Below, one piece after another: positions 13,441 through 28,800 of a DNA stretch of 64,000 bases. Where the stretch lies: contig JAQGDQ010000200.1 in the NCBI GenBank assembly GCA_030141605.1, positions 338,227 to 402,226 of the forward strand. Reading direction: 5' to 3'. The stretch comes from Tubiluchus corallicola (lineage: Eukaryota; Animalia; Priapulida). Numbering within the stretch: the stretch's first letter is position 1; the number at the start of each line of letters is the position of its first letter. A model generated the notes under the pieces. That model did no database searches, was not told the origin of the DNA, and saw only the letters and a program-made list of their open reading frames with translations. The position numbers were made by a program, and so were the translations under genes.

Positions 13441-16400
13441 ATAGTAATTCGAAGATAATATCAGCGAACTTTCCTTCCCTAACCTCTGGTGGCAAAAGCT
13501 GTAAAAGAAATTAATAGGGCCAGCATAATTCTCACCCTGTACCAGAGAATTAGAGCATTACAAATACATTAGTACTTATTTATGCTTTGTCGGTCACATA
13601 CAGAGGTCTCTAAATGTCAAAATGCTATAGTTCCACAATAACTTGCCACAACATATTAATGTTAGAACAAATGTAGGCAAATGACTGGCAAAGTTTTACA
13701 AAATTGAATAAAGTAAGACAGTCTAACAGACGTGGCTTCAAGCGTATCTATAAATTAGAACCCCCCAACTTTTAAGCACACTGTAATAAATAGCTAAAGT
13801 TAAACAGTTCAAAAGAAGCACTTGTTCTAAAATAAACTCGATAAAGACAGTTGTCGTATAACGCGAACTTGATTTAGAATATTTTGGACAGAGAAGCAGA
13901 TGTTCTGCACACCAGATTCTGATGCAACTATAAAAGTAAACTGTTTGGCGCTAATCGCAAAGTTGGTGCGAGTTTATAAGTGATTTCCCTTCCGAATGTA
14001 AGAAAAACCCTTGACAACTGACATTTCCACCTCTTATGCAAGTATATAAACGCACTCGAATTAGTAGACCTGCCAAAGTTTCCATTTTTTCTGCCGATAT
14101 TATATTAAACACATTGAGTGACAGAGCTTAGAGCATTGATTTTTTGTATATTAATGTCCCTGGACTTTGATACGTTAAAATGACTTTAAAAGTTGAAACG
14201 TATGTGGTAAAACTAACTTTCAAAAAGAGACTAGTCAAACTGGTAAACATCTTTCATGATGCACCTGGAACACGTTCTACGTGTGTTGTTGATCTTTGCG
14301 TTCTGAATGAGTTCTCCATCTCTTCTTGTTTAGCTTTCTCCTAAGTTATCGCGTCAGTCGAAACTAGCTTCGACTGCCTCATTTGCACGCGAAGATTCTA
14401 CTCGCCAACTTATACGCTAAGTGAGAGAATTCTTGAGAAGCCATTTATGACTGGAACATTACATCTCTAGCTAACCAAGCTGAGACAGAGAGTAATAAGC
14501 GCAAGGGTATGGTTAATTGGCTTCTATTGAGTCCATCACGGTCTTACACAAATGTGTCAATTAGTGTTATATCAGCATGGTCAGGCGGTTCTGCAGGAGC
14601 GGTGGGATGAAAGGACAATGGTACTCTTCAGCATCCACACACGTACAGCGTGGCGTAACGGACTTTACATTTGAAGTTTTTAATTTTTTGTTTTATTTTA
14701 GTACAATAGGCCTGCATTTAGAGCAGGTAACCTCACCTCTTAATTTACTGATGCCTCCTGTACGAAAATAAGGCAGTTAAAGGGTAAGTTTTTAGAGGCA
14801 GATAGAGAGTAGGAGGGAAAAGTTGAAAACAAAAAGATGGGGCCAGTTGTGAAAATCATAAAGAATTGGGCAGCCAATCTTACGCAGCACAGACCTGGGT
14901 ATACAAAACCTTTATTCGGTGGGTCATTCAAAGTCAAAGATAATTCTGGGAAGTTTGACACTGTGTGAATGTGTGATAAACAGAGCCCTAGTCTCACTCA
15001 CGTATAGAATCTATTCTAGCAAAGAGAATTGGTTATTTCAGGTAAAGGGTTGAGACTAAAAAACTAAGATGTAAATGGGCGATTAATTCTGCAAACTGCG
15101 AATTTTTGTAAACTGCAACGAAACCTATTTTGAAAAAAATAAAAAATATTTATAACAGCAAATACAAACAATACATTAATAATAATAATTTGTGAAAGGT
15201 TGTTGTAAGAGAAAGTAGGTTCCAGTGCTTTCTAGTTTGTCTCATGTAGATGACTACCATAACTGACAATATTATTGCGGAGGTGACCAAGAGGTCTACG
15301 GCCAGGGTTCAAATCTGGATCAGTCAAACTATATTGCAGAAATCGACGCAGAAACGTAGAAAGTTTAAACGTAAAGTGAGAACTAGCCAGAATCGTATCC
15401 TCATTCCTCACTCTGATCATAACCTTCGGAACAGGTGTTTAGATGGTAAACACACCTATCCGTCTGCCGACTGAACCGAGGAGGCCATTGTATACCAGAT
15501 ACTTACAGCTGCTATGCAATGCTGATATCCAATGGCTTCGAAATGGACCGAACCATCACAATGAAAGGAGGAGGTCGAAAATAAATAACATTTCGCCCCC
15601 ATAACAATATCATTTTATAACTATATGAATTCAATTGAAAAACCAAATTGTAAATTTCGGGAAAACTGTGGAAATATAGGTTACAACAGCTACATCATCG
15701 TGGCTTAACAAAAGGTAAACATAGGTAAACACTTGAACATAGGTAAACACTTGAACCTGTGAACAATTGAAAAGCTCTGAAAACTATTCTCAGGCACTAA
15801 CAATGATTCTTAGAGCAGATATATCTAAAACACGCTTACTGAATAGACTATGAAGAACGGTCAAATAGAATTTTTTAATTGATTTTTTTAATTGCTTATA
15901 TTAAACATTTTAAGCACTTCAGGGATGTTCAACCAAAGTTTTATCGCATTGCATTTGCTTGTTTGTTGAAAGATATTAGTCGAGCACCGTGGCATAAATT
16001 AATTAGCAAACACAAATGCGATATAGTGATCATATGTGAGCATTGCACTGCGGTCTGTGGCGATTTTACTGGAGAACTGGAGTAAAATATTCAGAAATAT
16101 CCATATCATTTGTGTGATGAAGATTGTACCTAAAAGTGATACTCATGCATTTTTATAGTGAGCAGTAATCTAACGTTAAACGGTCAAACGCAGGTGTCTA
16201 TTTGACCTTGAACAATGAGTAAACCTGTTCTCCTAAAGTTACACTTCAGAAATGACATTGTAGTGACATTTTGTAATTATAAATATTAACTGACTTCGTT
16301 AAATACACTTTTTGTCATCAATTTCAAAGTCGGATGTTAAAAGATTGACGATATCCAACGAAAATACGACATAATGTAAACTGAATACGGTAGTAAAAGC

Positions 16401-18329
16401 AACAAACAACGACGTTGATGCAAATAATATCCCACAAAAAAGGATTTTGTACGTAATCGTGTTTGTTAGATCTGAGGTTTGACCTCTCTAGTCTCACGAC
16501 CATTAGTCAAAGAAATCATTAATAATCAGTATCTATCGTCAGGGAATTTTTGAGATTATGCGTTCTTCGTTGCCTGATAATAAGTTGATAACTACTAGAA
16601 AATAGTAGAAACGTCAAATTTAAAAAAAAGCTGAACGAAAATTCATCTATTGTTTAACATTCATACAAACAATATATTAGCGGTTTCAAAAGAACGTGAT
16701 TTAACAACCGCCATCATATCGAAACGTTGGACTTACATTAAAGCATGCACGAGCGAGCAGGTCAACAGAAACTGATGCCGGCTTAATTACATTACATAAC
16801 CATCCATCTATTAGCAACGATTGGGTAGTTCTGCGAACATGAGATTCTGGACAATAATGCTTAACTTAATAAGGCAAGATTATCGAAGTTTTTTAAATAA
16901 AACTGACCGACTAACAAACGTATCACAAAGGCTCATTTTTGCGAAAACTTCACTACAATTAATTCTACATTACTAGTACGTTTCAACAACATATAACAGA
17001 AATACATAAATCAATTTACTATACATGCAACAACAACATACTATGCTAATTAAAACAGTCACATTAAGTCAAGAATACTCTTTAAAAACTGAACAATGTA
17101 AAGGCTCTGTAACAATGACTCTGTAACAAACACTACAAAGCAAAGTCTTATAAATTAAGAAAAACAAAAAATTATGTCCAAGTTCAATTCAATTCATTTC
17201 ATTTCACAACAAAATATGTGCAATCCAAGAAACACGTGACGCAGCACAAAGAATATGTTAACAAGTCATCAAAATCTGACCAGCAGATTTTGCGAGACAA
17301 GTATTCATCGTGGTGAGAAAGGAGTGACAGGCAACCGCTTTCAAGCCCTTCCCTATAGCGGATAGCCGTCAAAACTTTAACTGTTGTGGGTTATTTGACA
17401 AAATGATACATAATAGGATAAATTTGCTGTGTCATTATGGCCATTAATAAGCCACTGCATTGATTACCATTATAATTTACTAATAAAGTTGTTTTTGTAT
17501 TTAACTACAAGTTCTTAGGCCTACTGTTCTGCGTAAATGCAAAGCGGTTCTTTGATTTTATCTGGTCTGTTGTACTTTTAATTTCTCAAATTTGGTCAAA
17601 TTAAATGACTCCAATAACTGTCCACTTGCTACATCAAACTTAGTAACAAGAGCATTTCCGATACAATCTATGAATTCAATTTCGCAAATTTTTCTTTCAT
17701 CTTTCTCAATCGCATTTCTGTATCATCTCAAGGGAATCGACTAGTTTTGGTAACTCTTTCCCTGCGCACTCAGCAGCTTAATGACATTACGCTTAAGATT
17801 GGTTTTCATTTTGGTGTTGAACTGTTTGTGGATTGCGGCAGTTATCACGGCAAATTGCTGAATGCTAACAAAAACTGAGTTTGTTGTTCAATGGTCATTG
17901 TACCGCCATTATTGTACTAGGCCTATATTCTATTATACTAATACTGTAAACAGCTAAGGCATAAAATCTGTTATTATTGGAATGCCACTACAACTAGATC
18001 ATTGAATAAGGATTGTAATGACTAGAATGCTTCTTCGGGTTGTGAGTGTAACTGAACGCTCCACATAATGCCCAACACGCTCTTTTTAACATTGGGATAT
18101 ATGTCCTGCACTCCCTGCAGAGCAAGCCCTCTCTCTTACTCCAGCCAAGATTGGTATTTTTATTATAATATTATAGCTGGCAGTTTACACTTTCAGGTTT
18201 TCATATTCATCGCATATTTCATAATCATATTGATAAAATTAATATTGGCGATCAGGAGACATAGCAAATCTTAATAACGCCTCGTAATGTAAAAAACGCT
18301 TAGAAAAGCAATGGTTGAAGCATGTAAAT

Positions 18330-18492
18330 ACAGTATTAAAGTGTAGTCAGATGGCCTCAAACTGTCCTGAATTGCTACAATATGCGTTAGTGGACCCTAC
18401 TGGAGGAGCTTACCGCAAACCCCAACCTGTTTTTTTAACCATTGGTAAAATATCCTCTCCAGCTACAATTTAAAAATGGCACTGGCACCCCA
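18330..18492. mobile_element. Possible DNA-transposon end fragment
   Basis: ggaccctactggaggagcttac motif, which I recall from invertebrate non-autonomous DNA elements. No partner TIR found. Confidence 0.3.
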
Positions 18493-19432
18493 ACGGCTAT
18501 TCTGCCATATGAGTGTACATGTGTTGCAGTAATTTCTACAAGCAGGACAAAACCTCTGACTACACGCCTTCAAACTTGTCTAGAATACGTCTAATGATAT
18601 AAAGGGCAAAAATGTTTAGTTGGGGGAGGGCGAGTATTAGCGAGCTTAATATATCGTGGGTAATTTAATGGGACATCTATATGACATTGCAGTCGTTTTA
18701 AGCATTGGTGATAGGAATGCCCTATAGTTAATTTCCGAAACACGAAGCACCTTATGCAACTACTGATTACCAAACACTCTTAGCATGCCATTAAACTTCT
18801 TGTCACCAGAATGGCAAAATATTAGAGTAGTTTTCCAAGACTTGACCGCAGGCACAAATTCTTCTAAAACTTTCTGGTGCGTCTGTTTTCTTCTGTCCTG
18901 CTTCATTTGGTCTGTTTTTCTATTCTTGTAATTTTGTTATTAATTTTTTGCTCTTAACGATTTTATTATTTCATTTGCTTCTTCGTTCCAAAAGCTCGTT
19001 TTTTGCTTTTTTTGCTTAACACCAAAACCAATTAATCGTGTTTATATGAAACTTTTTCTACGCAACTTTCGTTCCACAATTTGATCTATAGTTACTAAAA
19101 TGAATTATTTATTGCTATGCGTGTCAATTTGCAATTGTTTTCATAGCAACTATGTTTGCGGGTGACAGGAAATTTGCAACAGCGTGCGCATTCTCTCAAA
19201 ATGTTTATTAAATTTAATCCCTGTCTCTTTTTACTTAAGTTAATCAACTCAGCTTTGCTCGCCCACGCTTTCCAACCCTTGTCTATACCATTCCATAAGT
19301 CTCATGCTACTATAATCGATCACTCGGCTCCACTAGGCAATCTCTCATCCTGCCGTCCTATTACTAACATTTTATTTCATTACTGACTCTGCTGTCATTC
19401 GCCTATTTGCAATCCATTCATACAACTGACCA

Positions 19433-19488
19433 TATATAAACAAGATAACTCATGGAATGCTAATTCTGAGTTATGCTGTTGTCTGCAG
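19433..19488 (+). promoter_or_regulatory. Possible SLC5A7 proximal TATA box and short non-coding first exon
   Basis: tatataaa at 19433-19440, then CAG|gtattg donor at 19488/19489. The acceptor at 20732 requires some upstream exon. Confidence 0.25.
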
Positions 19489-20009
19489 GTATTGATTTTT
19501 TGTTGTTGGTCAAGGAGTAATGGTAATTTGCGCCAGAAGGAAAGACTAGAAACAATTACTTCTAACTGAGACCACTAAAAAGAACGATAAAAATTATAAT
19601 TCTGTTACACTTCTACTTCAAAATTCTCTTTTATTAGAAATTAAATAGAACTCTGTAATCTCCAATAGGAAATTTTGCAAGCCAAAGAAACATTAGCAAC
19701 CTATTTCATCCTACCTAACCTTTCGTGCAAATGTATGTCGGCTGGAAAAGAAGATATTTAAAATCACATTCACTTTTTCAATAGACTTTTATTGAGAAAA
19801 TGCTTTGGTAGATGCGAAGCTGTATTTACTGGCGGTTTTATTTAATGCTTTCTGTGAATAATGCGTCATTTATGTATTAACATGTAATATGAGTAAGAAT
19901 CATGTGAAAATAAATCATACAAGCATATTGTTATACGTACAGTTTCTATTGGGTTTTGGTTTGATCATTTAGGAGACACTAGACAGATTATATGATATGA
20001 ATGTACTAG

Positions 20010-20452
20010 AACAGACTTGACTTAACTTGGCCTAAGCCAACTTGACCTGACATAGCTTGAGCTCGTGACTTGACCTTACTTGACATTATTTGGGCTGCAC
20101 CTCATCAGACCTGTCTATTCTACTATAATTTAATCTGTTCCAAAGTCTTAATAAAACTAAGTCTAGTGAGCTAATGTAATCTAGCCAGATACCATCTAAC
20201 TTGACTTAATCTGGCCTAGCATGTCCTAGCTTATCTAGACTTGACGACCTGATCTGACTTGATCAAACTTACCACATGATCACTATATTCTTCTACTGTT
20301 CTAAACACAACCAAGACTAGAAAGCTAACTAGCCTGAACAGATTTCACACTGGCTCAGCCTGATTCTGATCCTGCAATATTCTGATTAACTTGATTAACA
20401 GAAGTTTTCTTGGATCGGTTTTTCCTATGTTGACCTGACATGATTTAACCTG
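20010..20452. repeat. Degenerate pentamer array (cttga/cctga/ctaga)
   Basis: Repeated acttg/acctg/actag units upstream of SLC5A7 coding exon 1. Confidence 0.6.
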
Positions 20453-20749
20453 AAATAATTTGAGGTTTTATGTAATGGTTAAGATCTGAATCAACGTACA
20501 TTAACTTTGCGAGTAGGATTTACAAATTAATCTAATGATCCACGAAGAGATGTTTTAATTTGACCAGTCTAAGACGATCGCTATAATCGTGCGATAACCA
20601 TAAATTTGATAACCATAAATGACCAGACCCTACAACAAACTTACCTAATTGAACGCTACTTTTAAGATTCACTTAGTTTAAAAAAACTACTGAAAAAAAT
20701 TATTAAACATCGACTTGTTTTCTTTTCTCCAGAATAAACTACTTGCAAG

Positions 20750-20921
20750 ATGTTTAATATTGTTGGACTCATCGGTATCATCGTCTTCTATATTGTCATC
20801 TTGGGGGTGGGCCTGTGGGCGGCCCGAAAATCCAAACAATCCGGCATGGAGGCTGAGAGTGAAAACGTCATGCTGGCTGGTAGAAATATCGGACTCCTGG
20901 TGGGAATCTTTACCATGACTG
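20750..20921 (+). CDS. SLC5A7: SLC5A7 coding exon 1 (MFNIVGL...IFTMT)
   Basis: ATG at 20750, downstream of acceptor ttttctccag (ends 20732), so a non-coding exon lies upstream. Donor G|gtaagt, phase 1. Confidence 0.93.
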
Positions 20922-22812
20922 GTAAGTCTTTTTTACAGATCCACTATAATCCACAGGCAAAAATTATTATGTGTTATCTTCATGTCATCAGTGTTCGTTT
21001 AATCATAGCGTTTGCAGTTATTTTGAACAATGGAATTCTTCTGTTTCCCACTTGCATTTGAGTTTGCTTTAAAACTTACTACTGTTATACTTTTAAAAAT
21101 ATCTATAATAATGTGCCTAAATAATCTTGAAAATTAATTGAAAGGGAGTGCGTGCGTGAGTGCGTGTACCAAAGCAAACTACCAAAGAAGGTAACTACAA
21201 TAAGAAACGGGGAATTAAAAACACCCTGTCTTTTTCAACTGAAATGTCAACAACATTCAAACTGAAATGTCAACTCTCTGTTACATAGAACAACTGCTTC
21301 ATCAAACATTTTAGTAGCAAGATTCGAAACTGAAACTCTGTGTTTGCTTCTACATTTGTTCTATTATTTCGCCTCGTCCTTTGAAGATTTTCTAAGCATG
21401 CACGGCTGTCTGCAGATGCAAATGCATTTTGTGTTTGTGCAAAAATTAGTCAAATTTGAACTAATTTTCGTGTCTTACCAGAGACGCAAAATATGATTTG
21501 CATTCTTTTGACGCGGGGCATCAAAAGCATTATACTTTGCGTATTATTTTGCTGGTAATTTTTGATACAGCTTAACCAAAACCTAGCACTCGACATACTT
21601 CATATTTAGCAGTGGCTGTAATTGATTGTGGGGACTTGGATTCTAGCTCTCTCTAAGATGACATCAAGATAACTCTCGAAGATGAGCCTCTGAATTAGGT
21701 CTATTGGCAAAACGATCTTAGTAACTTCTGAATTGCGTATGCGTCCGCCCCAACGAGGTAAACAGTCGGAGAACCAATTTTTCTCCCGGTCACCCACCAA
21801 TTTACTGATCAGGCCTGTGGCTTAAGTTCATACTGTTTCACACTAAGCTCATACTGCTCACGTATTTTCTCCATTCTCGGCTAAATATAATTATAATGAA
21901 TAACCTTTAATTGATGTGAAAGTTTGTTGATGTTATGCTCGTTGGTGAGGTAATGCCATCTATCGACCGAAGCTTTGACCTCCAAACAGTGATATCTGAT
22001 GTCGGTCTGGTCCTGTGAACGTAGACAAGGCGAACCGTTAAGAGCGTACCTGCACGTCTGAAAAAACCAGCTTCATAATTTACAGAACAATGATTCCTTC
22101 ACTTATGTCTTCTCCGTTGCATTCAAAGGCTACTCCGCACATATCAGAAGAGGATAGGATTCAATGGACTCGCGTCAGGTTGTCCGCTCATAGAAACTGG
22201 AAAATTGAGGCAGAGACGAAGATATACGCGCGTATGTGACTGTGCGCTGGGTGCTACTGAGGCTGTTCGGATAAAGAGCACATGCTATCTCACAGTGATA
22301 AAGCTGCATTTGTCAGAAACAAGACTGTTTTTAACGATATTAACAAGAAGTCTCTGTATAATATTTTCACTCACCAGGACACTAAGCTAGTCAGTAATTT
22401 TGTGTCTTATTGTTTCTAGTTATTTTAACTGTTACAAGATATCAATTTGAGCATTGTTCTTGTTGGACTAATTTCTTCTTTGTTAAGTTCTTACCCTGTG
22501 TATTTGTAACCGTTAATCAATAAATTCTAATCTAATCTAATCGAGGAAATTCATCACCCGGTTTCAGTTGGCGTGTTATAGGGCACAATTTGCATATTCC
22601 TTATCAAAATTTAAATTCATCGCTTCCACATCGAAACGCGAAAGTGTCCTTAACCACAGTATTTGCTTTATAGAAATCTCTCTCAAGTTACATCCTCGCG
22701 GTGGGCCCGATTCGAAAAATAAACCCCCAATGGCACGACACTAGATCGAGACCTTTCGTTTGATGTATAGATCGCCACAAATGATGCCGTCGTCGAAGCT
22801 GTAGCCTCGAAT

Positions 22813-22852
<40 letters not shown>

Positions 22853-25800
22853 AGTAGAATTAATATATACGATGTACATTGCACATCTTCCGTCAAACAG
22901 CACTTTTAAGCCCTACAGCAATCTCAACCCAACCATTAAAATACCCATAATTTAATATCGCCGAATGTGAAAATCAGAATGTCATTGAAGTTTAAATGAA
23001 CAAAACCACAATGGTTAAACTTGACATCAAGCTTGTTTGAAAGGAGAAATGGTGAAATAGTTTCGACAAAACTTGGATTTGAACCTGGGACATTTCGCTG
23101 ATTCACGCGTACTTCGCAATGTTTGTAGCCAGTTTCTTCAGGAGCATTCCAAAGTTGCATTCCACATTTCTCTGTTTTGGTTTTTTAGCTCAACAGTTGG
23201 ATAAAAAGTAAACAAGTCATTCTTATATGCCAACGCAATCACTCAAGATGTATTTAGATTTCTAGTTCTTTATTCTGCCTTTTTGCCGACTCACATTTAA
23301 AGATATTGCATTTGCTGCTCAGATAAAAACACTGCTAAAACATGACACTCTAAACTGCGGCTACGGCGACAGTGCACAATCTCCATTATTTATTAACTCG
23401 TTCCCTTTCAACTCTTTCTTGCTTGCACTCGTGTTACAACATCGAAGCCATTCAAAGCGAGTGCACGTAGGTTATTTATTGCCACACTTTTATGCTTCAC
23501 CTTGGCTAGCATTTTCTTAACCTTATGAAGCCAAGTAAAATTGTGAAACTTTATCAATAAAGGGGTGCAAATTTACTGCAATTCCTTGCGAATGTCGCTT
23601 AGAATATTTCATGTTTTAAATAATTTATTTGCAACTTATGAGAAGTAGTGGGGATGTGTCATGTCCGGAGATAGGTGCAGTTGTGAGGCTCAAAGAGCTT
23701 CAGAAAGATCAGTTAGAATCTGCCTGCCTCTAATACATTGAACTAAAACTAGAAGGCGTCAATTCAACAGTTGGATGCAGAAATACTGATGAGCAAACGC
23801 CCCACAGAAATTTCAAAGAACACTCCTATCCAGTCACAGAATTATTTAACAAAGAGCTTCGAAATTTCTTTTCCAATGTTGTATGTACTTCAGGATTACC
23901 TTTACATCCTGATAAGTGATATCTTTTGTTAAAGCCTTAATTTATTTTACTCGATATACCTTTTAAATGGGAAATCACTTCATTACAATTCATCTAAAAG
24001 ATACTGCAAACACTGTCACTTAGGTTTATTGCTTTTGCTATAGTTCTAATGTAAATAAGCCTCTAATTATGCCTCTAGTCTCTTTAATCAAGCTACTGGC
24101 GCACTCCTCCATCTTTGCTTCAAACAAACATCAATAAAACTCCATCAATGAATTGCAAATCATGTCTGAGACGCAGAGACGTGGTAATACACAGGTGACA
24201 CAACTCACCTGTCCTTCGTTTCCTGTATTTCTTCTGCGCAAATCGATGTCTTTATATGGCAATGTGCTGAATTGTTTGTACACCTGTATACGTTCCGGGA
24301 TTTCTTTGTGAATTTTTACAAGAACATGATCAATACCTCTCCAGGTAAATTATGCTCAGGTAGAACAGTATTAGCAGGTATCAATCGCAAAAATAAGGTT
24401 TCGTTACAACAGTATTGCGTTAGTGATTATAAAGCGCAAAAATTTAGTTCAGGTAAATTCAGTTACTATGGATTATTGCACTTCTTGTCTTCAAAGGACC
24501 GCACGTTCAATTTAGGTTTAACAGCATAGTATCAGTTAAAAACGCTAAAAGGTTTCATCACATTATCTGTGTTACTAAGTTTATTGAAAACGAGCCAGTA
24601 AACATAAGAGAATCACTCAGGGTCGGATTAACGCATAAGCAGACTAAGCACGTGCTTAAGGCACCGAAGCTCAGGGAGCACCAAGTTGCCAAGAAAAATA
24701 AATTGAAAACAGATAAAAATTTCAATAAAGCATATTAAAGACCGTAAAAGCTTTACATCGCTCAAAATGTGAGATAGAGGGATCAAGAGGGCTACACAAG
24801 TATTATTAATTTTTTCTTGCTGTTGGCAGGCATCGTACTTTTTCTTGTAGCTGACTTGTTTAATTAAAATTTCATGTTGAAGTCAATAAAGAATGCAAGT
24901 TGTACAAATCCTACATAAAGCAATGGTGTTTGTTTTATATAATTTGTGTCACATAATACGAATGCTTTGAGCCGCGAAATGTATATGCAGTGATAGAACC
25001 GGGCATCATGCAGGTGCTTGGTGAGCTTAGGGCACCAACACACCCTGATCCGGTCCTGAGTACCGCTCAAAATTCTCTGCGTCAAAGTATATCTTAGATA
25101 GACTTAGACATCTTAGATATTTTTACAATTAATCATCATGAGTTCTACTAACTTCGCCAGGCATTCTCCTACAAGTATAGATGGAAATAACTGTAGTAAA
25201 ATGGCTACAGATTAGAGTGCATTAAATCAGAAAATTAATTAATCTGCCGGTCAAACACAAATTTTCCTTAGAACAGATGTTTCTTTCTCACGATTTAGAG
25301 ATTGCATTTAATTTGAACGAAAGAGTTGAATCACAGATAAAAACTTTGCGGGTGTTCTTTATTTTAGATATGTACTGGAGAAAGAACTACATTAGTAATT
25401 CAGCCCTTAAAATGAGCATAAGTCGGCAGAGTCTGATACTTGACTAAACTGTTTTATTTCGCAGGTACATCTGAATTTAAGAAAAGTCAGCAGTCGTACT
25501 TAGCATACTTTCTAGCTATAACTTGTAAGCTTATAAAAATTCTGTTTTCTGTGGATGAATATTTACCATTTACGATTTCATTTTCTAACTGAAGTGGCCA
25601 TTTGCTTTGCCTGTGGTGAACTGTTTAAAAAAGTACACGACCAGTCGCTGAGCTGCAGGCGAGAAGATATTTTGCTTTAGACTCAAAGAGACCATTTAAA
25701 CTTTAAGGTTTAAAGTACTAATAATTTAGAAACCAATTATATAAGCGTGCAGGATTAGGTACAAAGACTGAGTTACCATTATTCTTGCATCGTGTCACAA

Positions 25801-28800
25801 AATGTGTAATTCATTTCAGAGACAGTAATACTTAATTAAATTGATATCTTTCACCTATTGACTAGTGAGTGACTCCAACAAAACACGATCGAGCAAAGTT
25901 ATGGCTTTATTGAGGCACAATTCACGGAAAATCAATTCCATTTATATTTCGTTGACGTATTTAGCATCAGAATTCTGCAGGTGTAAACATAGTATCATTT
26001 ACAGCGAAATTGCGTGATACCAAAGTGTCACACGGTATATACTTATTGCTGTACAATTTTACACGTTTTCCAGGAGCGAGTCAAGTAGGATGCATCCACA
26101 AATGGTGCTTTGTTTGCGGTAACTCCAATGTACAGGGCGTCGCAATAATTTTCTTGTAAACTTTTTCTCCAATTTCGACAAGGCAATTCTTTTTATTATT
26201 GTATGACTGGAACCCCGTTGCTATGGCGATGACACTAATGTTAGAGATGAGGTGCAAAATCAGCCCGGCGTGAGGGCCTTTGATCTCCGACTGAATTCAA
26301 AACACAACACGGACTAAACAATCTCTCACTACTAACAATGTAGTTTCTCCGAGAAGGTGCAACTCATGGGTAGTACAAGATGCCCGACTTGCGACTGGAT
26401 TGGTCTCTCAAGCTCTTGAGGTCCCTGAAAATGGTAGTAAAATTAGCAAATCCTACTAGTGCAGTAGTTCTTTTCAGATTTTTGTCTCATTGAACTAAAA
26501 TAATTGCCCAAGGTTTTAGTTCATTTGTACCAATTTTCAAGCATTTACTTTGATTGTTAAGAAATATAGAAAATGTAAAGTGTATAGTGGCTTATGAGAC
26601 ACCCTGTATTTAAAATAAAATACAGTTACGGTTTTAGTTAGAGTTTAAGAAGCACACTCCTTATTTGCATTTTAAACGAGAACTAGAGCTATGCCTAGCA
26701 GTTAAGAATAAAAAACACTTCCATAGAGAAATGGTCTGCGCTCAGAGTAGCAAACTTTCTAAAAACCGTTTAAAAGATGTAAATAATCATTTATCTTGCA
26801 ACAGGCATCTGTAAGTAGCCTTGGCTCTTTGTGTTTTTACCAGTAATCTTATAGTTAGTCTTTTTTTCTGTAAAATTTTGTTCTATGCTGTATATACGTT
26901 TTATATACTGACTTCATATTTTATACTCTCTTATAACTATTTTTAATATTTTTTAAATAAATATTAGGTATTAAACAGAAATAATAAATATCATGGTAGA
27001 TTTTAATGTGGATCCAACTGCTTGTTTGCAAAATTGTTTTTTTTTTCATTTAAAGGCATTATTTACAGGTGCATGTTGGACATGCATTACTTTTTAAGCA
27101 GTTTTATAAAAAAAAACTAGACGTTGTTGACTATCCTAATACCTTGCTACCTTATAAAACCTTTTAAATGCGTATGTACGTAGATGAATGGTGAGCCTGC
27201 AATGTCACGTTTTTTGTAGTAACATTTTGTCTTATAGTAAGGCTCCGTCCAAACTGTTAAAATATCTTGCAAAAACATACAAAAGCTTAAAGGATATTAA
27301 AATACAGCAAACTGCTGTTATGAAACCCCTATTTGTTTAAGTTCGTATGATAATATGATATAGGGGCTGTAGCCTGTGATATCAAAATTAAAACTGTGGG
27401 CCTAATATTCAAAATTTAAATTACATTTTACCTGGCGAACCAGTATAACATAACCAAGCCTATAGAGACAGAGAACGGAAAGAAACATATCAGAGATTCA
27501 TTATCAAGAAAACCTGACTTATGTAACAAATTCGTTCAGAGAATAGGCACTTCAAAATCAATAAAAAACAAACTAATGCCAATTAGGCTTGTCTTTTCGT
27601 CACTAATGATTTCATAATTCACTGCCTGATTGCTCTCCTAGGAGCAATTCGTCTTGCTTTATGGTGTAACTTTGACAGTACAGCGACATATTTTGTGTTA
27701 GTTTTATGAGTATACTATTCTAACGTATCAACTACTATAGTAACTTCTAGCAAAGAAATTTTTTGAAAGCATTATAATACGTTTGCTGCTGTTTCCTATA
27801 GTTTGTGAAAGAATTGTGTCTTACCTCCATAAAGTGCAAAAGTTTGTCTTAGTTCACTTAGTGCCGTCATCAATATGGATACGGATACATATACACCATA
27901 AATGGCTGTTATTAATTTCCATCTACATAATTGAAATCTCGCAGGACACGTTTCTCAATATTTGACAGAAATTTGATTTTCTGCTTCGCGCAGATTTGTC
28001 TTAGATCTCTAATAATATCATCAGAATTTCCAAAGCGACACCAACGAGGAAATACTAAACAAACAACTAGACAAGCAGACCTCAAGGTATCCGCACCATC
28101 ATTAATGAAAAATTCTGATGCATATTGGTGAAAACCCTGTCAAATTACATTATATAACTGATCACGCGTCTTTGTTTATTTGCTTCTACGGACTTGACAG
28201 TCACTCTTGATTTCAGCGCTTTCAGGTCGAAAAATAAAATGAGCAGAATATGTCAAAAACAATCATTTTTACGTCAAATGCGACTAAATTACATGTTTTG
28301 ATTATTTTCAAGATACAGTGATAATACAAATTGACAGTAGCCCATTCGCTTTGACTTTTGACCTTTTAATTTTAGATATGGCAAAGTTTCCATGCTGTTT
28401 TGCTCATTTTGTACATTTCTAGCTGGTGCCTCTCAAGTTTGACTGCATTTCAGACACTTATAAGCTACGTCTGTCGTAGACAAATGGGTAAACGGAGTTA
28501 GAGACAGACACATCTTGTGTCTCCGTTATAAATCATTTCATTTTTTTGCTGTTTCAGCTACTTGGGTTGGAGGTGGTTACATTAACGGAGCAGCAGAAGT
28601 TGTCTACACGTCTGGGATTGTTGCGTGTCAAGCTCCTATTGGCTATTCAGTCAGTCTCCTACTTGGTAAATTTGTAATCATTCTCGATCAACACTTTCTC
28701 AAAAAGTTGTATAGATGAATTACTTGTTACCACCAAGTTACCAACTTATCAATAAATAATTACCGACTCGCTTACCGACCGATAACCTGACTTTGAACTG

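Noticed and set aside
14627-14656. REST/RE1-like split motif (ttcagcatc...gtacagcg) upstream of a cholinergic gene
   Set aside because: Both half-sites have mismatches, spacing is non-canonical, and the host appears to be an invertebrate.
17724-17737. COE/UNC-3 cholinergic selector site (tctcaaggga)
   Set aside because: Equally good matches occur in the LINE relic (~54780) and in a PAPSS exon (~43415), so one hit is not above chance.
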